The notes beneath the pieces are model-generated. The model ran no database searches and was not told the origin of the DNA. It saw only the letters and a list, made by a program, of their open reading frames with translations. This document shows, piece by piece, positions 36,029-43,695 of a stretch of 53,620 nt of DNA. The stretch lies in the NCBI GenBank assembly GCA_964518695.1, contig CAZFGN010000002.1, positions 1-53,620 of the forward strand, read 5' to 3'. The stretch comes from an uncultured Candidatus Saccharibacteria bacterium. Its GTDB lineage: Bacteria; Patescibacteriota; Minisyncoccia; UBA6257; Colwellbacteraceae. Within the stretch, counting starts at the first letter, position 1. Every line of letters starts with the position of its first letter. The position numbers and the translations under genes are program-made.

Positions 36029-37078
36029 ATGCCATTAAAGACCGCTGATAATAAGGGCAATAAGAAAAAAGAGATCATCAAAGGCGTTTTAAGGAACGGG
36101 AATGATGATGACCAAACCATAGATACTATTCTTAGACCGACACAGTGGAATGATTATATAGGTCAGAAGAGTTTAAAGAGAAATCTAAAGATCATAATCG
36201 ACGCGGCTAAATCAAGATCCGAAGTCGCGGACCACCTCCTTTTCTATGGCCAAGCAGGATTAGGGAAAACCACTCTAGCTAAATTGGTGGCGCAGGAAAT
36301 GAATGCGGCTATCAAAGTTACTTCCGGGCCGGCCATAGAGAAGATGGGAGATCTTGCATCCATTCTAAGCAACCTGGAATCGGGAGACATTCTCTTTATA
36401 GACGAAGCCCATAGGTTGAACAGGACGGTTGAAGAAGTCTTATACCCAGCGATGGAAAGTAGGAAATTGCACATAATCATAGGCAAAGGAGCGGGCGCGA
36501 GAGCCATATCTTTAGACGTACCACCTTTTACGCTGATTGCCGCTACAACAAGGATGGATCTTTTGTCAGAACCATTGAGATCAAGATTTGGAGCCGTTTT
36601 CAGGTTGGATTATTATGATGAAAGTGACATAGGGGCCATAATTAAGCGTTCAGCTTCTATACTGGGCATAGAAACATCGGAAGGAGGGATAAAGACCTTA
36701 GCGGAAGCTTCACGCTTTACTCCGCGTGTGGCCAACAGGTTGCTTAAACGGGCTAGGGATTATATGGAGGTTCATAAAAAAGGTTCTATCACCGAGGAGG
36801 TAGCTCTAAATACTTTAGAGACTCTAGAAATAGATAATCTAGGTCTAGAAGCTCATGATAGGCTCTTATTAGACACTATAATCGATAAATTTGCCGGTGG
36901 CCCGGTCGGTGCGGGTACTATAGCTGCTTCAATCAATGAGGATCGCGGCATTGTAGAAAACGTTTACGAACCATATCTATTAAAAATGGGGCTCATCCGC
37001 AGGACTGCCTCTGGGCGGATAGTGGAACCATTGGCTTATTCCCACCTTGGTAAAAAACCCAAAGAAAGGCTCTTGTGA
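36029..37078 (+). CDS. ruvB: Holliday junction DNA helicase RuvB
   Basis: GQAGLGKTTLA, ILFIDEAHRL and the winged-helix C-terminus are present. Confidence 0.95.
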   Translation: MPLKTADNKGNKKKEIIKGVLRNGNDDDQTIDTILRPTQWNDYIGQKSLKRNLKIIIDAAKSRSEVADHLLFYGQAGLGKTTLAKLVAQEMNAAIKVTSGPAIEKMGDLASILSNLESGDILFIDEAHRLNRTVEEVLYPAMESRKLHIIIGKGAGARAISLDVPPFTLIAATTRMDLLSEPLRSRFGAVFRLDYYDESDIGAIIKRSASILGIETSEGGIKTLAEASRFTPRVANRLLKRARDYMEVHKKGSITEEVALNTLETLEIDNLGLEAHDRLLLDTIIDKFAGGPVGAGTIAASINEDRGIVENVYEPYLLKMGLIRRTASGRIVEPLAYSHLGKKPKERLL

Positions 37079-37566
37079 TCTACATTAAAGAGGTTTTGCC
37101 CAACCCTGTGGGGCGGGACACTGAAGGAGAATGGATAAAGTTAATTAACACCGGCAACGAAATTGTAAGCCTTGATGGTTGGTACATAAAAGACGAAGGC
37201 GGAAAAATTTTCAACCTAACAGGCAAGAAAGTCAATTCATTAGCTGAAATAACATTGAATTCTGTGGAGACAAAAATCTCTTTGAATAATACCAAAGAGC
37301 TGATCGCTCTCTATAATAGTGATGGCGGGGTTGTCGATCAACTTACTTATGACGGGGTAAGCGAGGGCGAAGTTATTGTGGCTAAAGCATTTCAGGGAGA
37401 AAAAATAGATAAATCCCAAGCCATGGTTACTACTCCCCAAGTTTTTAAAGACATATCTATTAACACGAACTACGAATGGTGGCCACTGTTTCTAGGAATA
37501 TTTTTATCGGTTGCCGCGGGCATTGTCGGCAGTCTAATTTTTAAGAAAATTAATACGCCTTTGTGA
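37075..37566 (+). CDS. lamin tail domain (LTD) protein with C-terminal TM anchor
   Basis: VLPNPVGRDTEGEWIKLINTGNEIVSLDGWYIKDEGG is the LTD signature, and the C-terminal helix is WWPLFLGIFLSVAAGIVGSLIF. The GTG start overlaps the ruvB stop. Confidence 0.7.
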   Translation: MIYIKEVLPNPVGRDTEGEWIKLINTGNEIVSLDGWYIKDEGGKIFNLTGKKVNSLAEITLNSVETKISLNNTKELIALYNSDGGVVDQLTYDGVSEGEVIVAKAFQGEKIDKSQAMVTTPQVFKDISINTNYEWWPLFLGIFLSVAAGIVGSLIFKKINTPL

Positions 37567-37994
37567 AATTTCTATCCGAAAGCGCAAAAGCAACCACTCG
37601 CGCCGCTAAGATAATAGCTCGCGAAATCTCAAGCACCAATTCCTTGGTGGTTATAGGCTTTATTGGAAATCTTGGGGTTGGCAAAACAACTTTTATTAAA
37701 AGTCTAATTAAGGGCCTCGGTTATAAAAAGAGAGTTACAAGCTCCACTTTTCTCGTTATGAGAAGATTTTCTATTAATAAGGGCGCAAGAAATATTTATC
37801 ACATTGATGCTTATCGGGTTCTGTCCCAAGATCTAATAGAACTAGGTTTTAGAAAGATTTTGAAATCTCCTAATATTGTGCTTATTGAGTGGGCCGATCG
37901 GATAAAAAGAATTCTGCCCCCAAAGTCTACTTATATAAAGTTTGAACACGGCCAATATGAAAATGAAAGATATATTACTTTTAATAGACGCTAA
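37563..37994 (+). CDS. tsaE: tRNA t6A37 biosynthesis ATPase TsaE
   Basis: The P-loop GNLGVGKTTFIKSL and HIDAYR are present. The GTG start overlaps the upstream stop (GTGA). Confidence 0.75.
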   Translation: MKFLSESAKATTRAAKIIAREISSTNSLVVIGFIGNLGVGKTTFIKSLIKGLGYKKRVTSSTFLVMRRFSINKGARNIYHIDAYRVLSQDLIELGFRKILKSPNIVLIEWADRIKRILPPKSTYIKFEHGQYENERYITFNRR

Positions 37995-38862
37995 CTCTCT
38001 CGTTCACCGAGCTTACCATGCTCTACCGCCGTTTACCGCGCCAGACGGAAGACCTACCGGGGCACTTTTCGGTTTATCAAGCATACTTATAAAAATTTTT
38101 AGGGAAGGGCTGCTAAATGGCGAAGTACCGAAATACATCGCCGCGGCCTTCGATACCCCCGAACCGACCTTGAGGCAAAAAGAGTATAAAGAATATAAAG
38201 CTACGCGCGCGAGAGCAGCAGAAGATTTAATTGATCAACTTAAGGAAGCTCGTAAGCTCTTGGGGATATTCGACATTAAATTCTTTGAATTGCCCGGCTG
38301 GGAAGCAGACGACCTTATAGCAACTTTAGGTAATAGATTGAAGGTTGAACAAGCTGTCTCGAAAGTCATTGTTCTTTCCGGAGACCTAGACTTACTCCAA
38401 ATGGTAGATAACGACAAAATCACAGTTCTCACTCCCCTAAAAGGTATAAGCAATACAGTTGCTTATAACGAAGAGGCCGTGATTAAGAGGTTCGGAATCT
38501 TGCCGAAATTTTTAGCTGACTACAAAGGGTTCGTTGGTGATAAGTCTGACAATATTCCCGGCGTTCCCGGCGTAGGACCTAAGTCAGCCGCGACCCTTAT
38601 TAATAAATACGGCATTCTGGAAAATACATATAAAGAGATAGATGAATTGGGGCTGTCAGACATTAAGTTACAGGAGAGGCTAACCACCTTTAAAAACCAA
38701 GCCTTTTTATCTAAAAAACTAGCAACCCTAGATTACGATGCGCCTATTAGCGTTACTCTGAAAGAGCTAGAAGTTTCTCGTAAACTCAACACGGCCAAGA
38801 TTCACGATTATTTCAGCGACTTAGGTTTCAGTAGTTTAATTGAAAGGGTTGCCAAGTTATAA
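37942..38862 (+). CDS. stand-alone 5'-3' exonuclease / flap endonuclease (Pol I N-terminal domain homologue)
   Basis: LLLIDANSLVHRAYHA, GWEADD, SGDLDLLQ and GDKSDNIPGVPGVGPKSA are present. The true start is probably an internal ATG at 37957 or 37963. Confidence 0.85.
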   Translation: MNTANMKMKDILLLIDANSLVHRAYHALPPFTAPDGRPTGALFGLSSILIKIFREGLLNGEVPKYIAAAFDTPEPTLRQKEYKEYKATRARAAEDLIDQLKEARKLLGIFDIKFFELPGWEADDLIATLGNRLKVEQAVSKVIVLSGDLDLLQMVDNDKITVLTPLKGISNTVAYNEEAVIKRFGILPKFLADYKGFVGDKSDNIPGVPGVGPKSAATLINKYGILENTYKEIDELGLSDIKLQERLTTFKNQAFLSKKLATLDYDAPISVTLKELEVSRKLNTAKIHDYFSDLGFSSLIERVAKL

Positions 38863-38872
38863 TTAAACGTAA

Positions 38873-40213
38873 ATGGCATCACAGACTAAACGTACCCCAA
38901 AACTTTCACTCGCCGTACTTAAGTCCCCAGAGATGAGCTTGTTATGGATTTTTCTCCTATTAATCGTTTCATTTTTTACTCTCGATTACATTCTTGTTTC
39001 GTTAAGGGGCTTCATAAAACCAGTTGTCTTCTTGATTCTAGGCGCGTTCATTTTAGAAAACAGCCTCAAGCTCGTAAGATCAAACAAAGAAACTAAAACT
39101 ACATACAGGCTCCTTAATGAAATCATCGCTAATTTAGATGATAGTGTCATAGCTTACGACGCGGATTTCAAGATGCTCGTTGTTAATAACGCCGCCGAAA
39201 GATTGTTCGGGGTAAACAGAGCAGATGTTATAAATCAATACTTCGGTCCGGAGCGGGCCCGAGAGCCCCAGTTTAAACTTTTAACCCAAGTACTTTTTCC
39301 GTCGCTCGCTCCAGTTGTCTTAAAAAGAAGCTCCGGAGACGATTATCCACAAACTATCGATGTTTCGTTTAATGAGCCTAGCTTAGACCTTGTAATTACA
39401 ACTCTAAAAACATCCCTTTCTCCTACCGAAACAAGCGGCTTCGTGAAAATTATTCACGACCGCACAAGAGAACTGCAACTTTATAAATCCAAATCAGAAT
39501 TTATTACTATCGCGGCTCACCAGTTGAGAACACCGCTCACCGCTATCAACTGGACCATGGATGTTATAAATAAAGACTCCTCTGTTAATCCCGAAAACAA
39601 AGAGTTGGTCGTAAACGCCTCAATCGCTTCTCACAAGGCCCTAAAAATAGTGAACGATTTACTAGACGTTGCCAAAATAGAAGAGGGGCTTTTTGGTTAC
39701 AACTTCGAGAATCTGGATATTATTAAATTTTTGTCGGAACTGTTAGAGGGCGTTAATCCCCTTGTCAAAGAGTACGGCCTAAACCTTTATTTTGATAAAG
39801 GAGCGGAACCATCCATTTTCTTAAAGGCGGATCCCAATAGGTTGGGATTCGCCCTATCTAATGTTTTAGATAACGCTATCAAATATAACGTTAAAAACGG
39901 AAGTATAACAGTCAAGGTGGAAAGATTGGAGGGCCGACCGTACATCCAAATTAGCGTTGTGGATACTGGTATGGGGATACCAAGAGAGGCAATTCCGAAA
40001 TTATTCACTAAGTTTTTCAGGGCCGAGAACGCTATCAAATTCAGGCCAGAAGGGTCTGGGTTCGGACTCTATATCACGAGAAACATTATTAACCGGCACG
40101 GTGGCACTGTTTTGGTAGAATCAACACTAGGAAGAAGCACGGGCGTTTATATTGCTTTGCCAATAGATCCGACCCTGATTCCTCCTAAGGAAGTTGCTCG
40201 CGAAGAATACTAA
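38873..40213 (+). CDS. sensor histidine kinase (2 TM, PAS-like, HisKA, HATPase_c)
   Basis: The H box is AAHQLRTPLTAI, the N box DNAIKYN and the G boxes DTGMGIP and GSGFGLYI. No adjacent response regulator is present. Confidence 0.85.
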   Translation: MASQTKRTPKLSLAVLKSPEMSLLWIFLLLIVSFFTLDYILVSLRGFIKPVVFLILGAFILENSLKLVRSNKETKTTYRLLNEIIANLDDSVIAYDADFKMLVVNNAAERLFGVNRADVINQYFGPERAREPQFKLLTQVLFPSLAPVVLKRSSGDDYPQTIDVSFNEPSLDLVITTLKTSLSPTETSGFVKIIHDRTRELQLYKSKSEFITIAAHQLRTPLTAINWTMDVINKDSSVNPENKELVVNASIASHKALKIVNDLLDVAKIEEGLFGYNFENLDIIKFLSELLEGVNPLVKEYGLNLYFDKGAEPSIFLKADPNRLGFALSNVLDNAIKYNVKNGSITVKVERLEGRPYIQISVVDTGMGIPREAIPKLFTKFFRAENAIKFRPEGSGFGLYITRNIINRHGGTVLVESTLGRSTGVYIALPIDPTLIPPKEVAREEY

Positions 40214-40215
40214 AA

Positions 40216-41046
40216 ATGCCAGAATTACCAGAAGTGGAGACGATGGTAAACGATCTTAAAAAGAAAATCGTTGGCCTTAGAATCACTCGCGTCTCGCTTG
40301 ACTGGGAAAGACATTTAAAAAATGTAACCCCCTCTCACTTTAAAAAGAACATTAAAGGCGCTCAGATTTTGGGCGTAACTAGACGCGCCAAAAACATCTT
40401 AGTGAGTTTGGATAAAAACCGATTACTCGTTATCCATCCGAAGATGACTGGCAACATTCTTATTACAAGAGACGCCAAAATAAAAGATCAAAAACACGTT
40501 CATATAGTTTTTTATTTAACCAAAGGAAAGGCAATGGCTTTTTCAGACGTGCGTAAGTTCGGCAAGGTTTTATTTGGCAACACAAGAGACATCTTAAATT
40601 TGTCGGACCTTAAAGAAATCGGACCAGAGCCCCTTCATTCCACATTTTCGTTTAAAGAGTTTAGCGACACCATCTCTAAAAGAAAACGAAAAATAAAGCC
40701 GGTTCTCATGGATCAAAAGGTTTTGGCCGGGATAGGCAATATATATGCCGATGAAATTCTTTGGTCAGCCAAAATTTATCCAGGGAGACTAACCAATAGG
40801 TTAACCAAGCACGAATTGCGTAGAATATACGAACGAATGCGCTCTATTTTATCTAACGCCGTACGTTTCCGAGGCACTTCTATCTCCGATTTCAAGGATA
40901 CCGCTGGACGGCCCGGTAGATACGCGGGTAAACTTATGGTTTATGGGCGGGCTCACTTGCCCTGCAAACGTTGCGGTGCGCCTATTAAGAGAACCAAGCT
41001 TAATAGTCGATCGACACATTATTGTCCTAATTGCCAGAAGAACTGA
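40216..41046 (+). CDS. mutM: formamidopyrimidine-DNA glycosylase
   Basis: The N-terminus is MPELPEVE, the H2TH region contains QKVLAGIGNIYADE and the zinc finger is CKRCGAPI...HYCPNC. Confidence 0.9.
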   Translation: MPELPEVETMVNDLKKKIVGLRITRVSLDWERHLKNVTPSHFKKNIKGAQILGVTRRAKNILVSLDKNRLLVIHPKMTGNILITRDAKIKDQKHVHIVFYLTKGKAMAFSDVRKFGKVLFGNTRDILNLSDLKEIGPEPLHSTFSFKEFSDTISKRKRKIKPVLMDQKVLAGIGNIYADEILWSAKIYPGRLTNRLTKHELRRIYERMRSILSNAVRFRGTSISDFKDTAGRPGRYAGKLMVYGRAHLPCKRCGAPIKRTKLNSRSTHYCPNCQKN

Positions 41047-41049
41047 ATC

Positions 41050-41823
41050 ATGATTATTTTTTTGTACGGCCCAGACTCATATCGTCGTCTTCAAAAGCAG
41101 TTGGAGATAGAAAGGGTGTATCGAAATAAACGCGGCAATATGAACGAGGAACACTTTGATTTATCGGGAGAAGGTGAACTAGACAAGTTTAAAAATTTCA
41201 TCGTGAACAGATCCATGTTTGGAGGGGTGAGAATGGCTGTCTTAGAGAACATCTACGAAGTAACTGATGATAAGAGTTTTATAGAAATCCTTAAAAACGA
41301 AGTTGCTTCAAAAGATTCGGCGGTCATCGCAAACGCGAACGGTGAGCCCCCAAGTAAGCTTAAGTTTCTATTAGAAAAACCGGCTCAAAGCCAACATTTT
41401 CAAACCTTAGAAAGTTCCAAGCTTGAATTTTTTATCAATAAAGAGGCTCAAGGTCGTGGAATAAAGCTTACGGAGGCAATAACGAAATCAATTAAAAGTA
41501 CTTTTGGCAATGATACTTGGGGTATAGCTACCGAACTCGACAAAATCGCTTTAATGAGCAATTACATCACTCGCGAAAGGCCCAAAATAGATTATTTCAT
41601 TTTGATGAGCACCTTAAAGGCTGCAAAGAACATAAAACAAGGATTGGTAGCTCTCGAGACTATTCTAAGCGAGAGAAGAGACGATCCCGCGAGAGTATTC
41701 AACAGTCTAAGTTACGGGCTTAACAGCAAAAAAGAAGCTAAGCTTTTTGCGGACTACGATGTTGCGGTTAAGTCCGGAAAATTAGACTACGAAGAAATCT
41801 TGGTTGATTTAACGTTAAGTTGA
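41050..41823 (+). CDS. holA: DNA polymerase III delta subunit-like protein
   Basis: The start is MIIFLYGPDSYRR, and the size and helical C-terminus are typical of compact HolA. The call is weak without a profile search. Confidence 0.5.
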   Translation: MIIFLYGPDSYRRLQKQLEIERVYRNKRGNMNEEHFDLSGEGELDKFKNFIVNRSMFGGVRMAVLENIYEVTDDKSFIEILKNEVASKDSAVIANANGEPPSKLKFLLEKPAQSQHFQTLESSKLEFFINKEAQGRGIKLTEAITKSIKSTFGNDTWGIATELDKIALMSNYITRERPKIDYFILMSTLKAAKNIKQGLVALETILSERRDDPARVFNSLSYGLNSKKEAKLFADYDVAVKSGKLDYEEILVDLTLS

Positions 41824-42065
41824 TGAGAGAGACGCGATTTAAGACGAGAGGCTTTATTCTTCTTTATAAGCTTTGTCTTGGCCGCTTTATCAAGAGACTT
41901 ATAGACGGTAGGTAAATACTTATCTGCTTCTTCAAGTTTGCCGCTTCCGGTTAGTTTTTTGTACTGCTTGATCGCGGCTTTCAATTTCCTACTTTCACTT
42001 AAATTTTTCTTTCTTCGACGAACAGTCTGTCTTAAAGCCTTCTTGGCTGATTTGGTTACTGGCAT
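41787..42065 (-). CDS. rpsT: 30S ribosomal protein S20
   Basis: MPVTKSAKKALRQTVRRRKKN... The internal ATG at 42065 fits S20 better than the track start. Confidence 0.8.
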   Translation of the reverse strand: MPVTKSAKKALRQTVRRRKKNLSESRKLKAAIKQYKKLTGSGKLEEADKYLPTVYKSLDKAAKTKLIKKNKASRLKSRLSHQLNVKSTKISS

Positions 42066-42106
42066 GAATCCATTCTCATACAAATCAACCATTATGTCAA
42101 AGATTT

Positions 42107-42493
42107 CTATCCAATATTTTCATAATGTTTCACAAGACAATCTTTTTCTGATATTGTCAAGGCGAGGAGGTCAATTCTCCATCCCTTCTCATCAGAAATC
42201 TTTTCAGAAATTTCACATGCGTATAAAGAGGCCGTACGCTTTAGCTTTCTAAGCTTCGCGCCAGTCAGCTGATTTTCTGCGGTTATCAACAAGTTGTCCA
42301 CACCTTTAACATTATGCGACGTAACCGTTTTAACCTCCACAAAAACCAAAGTTTTGTCTGGCGCCCACGCTATTATGTCTAACTCCCCCCAAGGCTTAAG
42401 ATAATTTCTTGCTATTATCTTGTAACCCTTCTTTACAATATATCTACAGGCGAGATCCTCTCCCAACCTCCCAGTTTCAGATTTTGTTGTCAT
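42107..42493 (-). CDS. yraN: YraN-family (UPF0102) endonuclease-like protein
   Basis: GRLGEDLACRYIVKKGYKIIARNY...GELDIIA...LVFVEVKT is present. Confidence 0.75.
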   Translation of the reverse strand: MTTKSETGRLGEDLACRYIVKKGYKIIARNYLKPWGELDIIAWAPDKTLVFVEVKTVTSHNVKGVDNLLITAENQLTGAKLRKLKRTASLYACEISEKISDEKGWRIDLLALTISEKDCLVKHYENIG

Positions 42494-42563
42494 TGTTTCA
42501 CAATTTACAAACATTACAATAACGATATGTTACATCGAGCAACATCAAAACGAAAGTTTGCTA

Positions 42564-42579
42564 TGTAAAACGTGAAACA
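42564..42579. promoter_or_regulatory. parS-like 16-mer TGTAAAACGTGAAACA
   Basis: It matches the widely conserved parS palindrome TGTTNCACGTGAAACA at 14 of 16 positions, and the right half CGTGAAACA is perfect. Confidence 0.3.
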
Positions 42580-42868
42580 ATGCATACAAAACTTATGGTA
42601 CACGATTACATAAGAGGTTTGGTAGAAGAAGAGGGTTGTTTTGTCTTCACTTCAAACGGTCAAAAAAAAGAGAATAGGAGCGCCTCGTTCCAGCTTAGAA
42701 TGCATAATAGTTCCACTGTTGCATAACAACCTGATAGGGCACAAGTCCATTCAATTTAATAGCTGGCTGGAAAAAATTGGCAGCAATCCTGATATACCGG
42801 AAAGTTACAAGCTACTTTACCGTCTACATAGATCTGGTTTCTATAACGCTAACAATAAATTTCTTTAA
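42580..42868 (+). pseudogene. LAGLIDADG homing endonuclease remnant (frameshifted, internally deleted)
   Basis: Frame 1 reads MHTKLMVHDYIRGLVEEEGCFVFTS...ASFQLRMH and then stops at 42724-42726. The frame of the track ORF (42641-42868) continues with PLLHNNLIGHKSIQFNSWLEKIG, resembling the distal PL.g.K...F..W segment of LAGLIDADG enzymes. Confidence 0.55.
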
Positions 42869-42901
42869 ATTCTCTAAAATACGAAACATCTATTTTCGAA
42901 A

Positions 42902-42929
42902 ATAGAATTGCCGATTGCCGGATAGAATT
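42902..42929. repeat. ATAGAATT / TTGCCGR repeat cluster B
   Basis: The sequence is ATAGAATTGCCGATTGCCGGATAGAATT. The heptamers are TTGCCGA (42908-42914) and TTGCCGG (42915-42921). The 13-mer ATAGAATTGCCGA recurs at 43236-43248. Confidence 0.8.
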
Positions 42930-43068
42930 ACAGAATGACATCAATCAACTAATTTCTAGTAAACACAGGCATCGTTATAAAAATGGATTTTACAAAAAGG
43001 AGAGTTATTTTAGCGATTAGTCGTCGTTATAAATGTTTCACGTACACACAAGCTTTTTTAAAAATCCA

Positions 43069-43178
43069 AAAAACGCAGTATCCATGCACTTATCGGGCTA
43101 TGCCATGTTTGCAATGTTTTACGCTTGTGTCAAATGTTTTACAAAAGACCGCAAAAACTGAAAAACGCAGTATCCATG
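43069..43178. repeat. 18-nt direct repeat AAAAACGCAGTATCCATG (two copies, 92 nt apart)
   Basis: Exact copies lie at 43069-43086 and 43161-43178. Two AATGTTTTAC motifs lie between them. Confidence 0.85.
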
Positions 43179-43207
43179 AGGTTTCCAGATAACCGCATAA
43201 ATACTAA

Positions 43208-43290
43208 TTCGGCAATCATTTCAAATAGTTGCCGAATAGAATTGCCGACTGTTGCCGGTTGCCGAATCCGCCAGCTGGCGGATTGCCGAA
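43208..43290. repeat. TTGCCGR heptamer array (5 direct + 1 inverted) with embedded 20-bp perfect palindrome
   Basis: The direct copies start at 43229, 43242, 43252, 43259 and 43283. The inverted copy TTCGGCAA is at 43208-43215. The palindrome AATCCGCCAGCTGGCGGATT is at 43265-43284. Confidence 0.85.
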
Positions 43291-43307
43291 TTAAATTTGA
43301 TCAACTA

Positions 43308-43695
43308 CTAAACACCGAGCCTGCGTTCTAGGCTCATGTAATAATTGAGAGCGTCCTCAAGATCGGTATCCGTAAAGTCAGGCCATAATTTTTTGATAAA
43401 GTAGAGCCGTAGGTACCTAGTGTCCCGCATCATAAACCCAGCGCTTAGATGTGATTCGGCGCCCGTCATTTAAATTTTATTAACAGCGTAAAGCATTTCC
43501 CTGTCTCCATTGTAACCGATGAGCAAGGTGAGATTATAACTATTATAATTCTGCTAAAGCCGCTTTTATTATGCTAATAGTTCTCTCGCCAGCCTTATGC
43601 CCCTGCCAGGCTAAAAACTTGTGCTGTATTGCCCAACGCCTGTTACCGTCAGGAGTGATAGCTAGATGGCCTATTTTCTTCTCCGTATTCTGCAA
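43308..43695 (-). pseudogene. uppS: undecaprenyl-diphosphate synthase (UppS-family) pseudogene with large internal deletions, a frameshift and in-frame stops
   Basis: The N-terminal fragment (43543-43695) reads KKIGHLAITPDGNRRWAIQHKFLAWQGHKAGERT, then stops. In the +1 frame come LTLLIGYNGDREMLYAVNKI, a stop, then TGAESHLSAGFMMRDTRYLRLYFIKKLWPDFTDTDLEDALNYYMSLERRLG. These match the UppS blocks H.AIIMDGNGRWA, GH.aG, NYGGR, RTGGE.RISNFLLWQ..YaElyF...WPDF and RERRFG. Only about 125 of roughly 240 residues remain. Confidence 0.7.

Noticed and set aside
42897-43295. A possible CRISPR array, because of the clustered short repeats.
   Set aside because: The repeat units are only 7-13 nt and irregularly spaced, with no 25-40-nt repeats alternating with unique spacers. 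No cas genes are in the window.
42641-43331. Track ORFs 42641-42868, 42983-43192 and 43125-43331 as genuine protein-coding genes.
   Set aside because: The first is better explained as the second frame of a broken LAGLIDADG gene. The other two have odd, Cys- and repeat-driven translations (CRI...CRI) produced by the TTGCCGA repeats and show no family resemblance.
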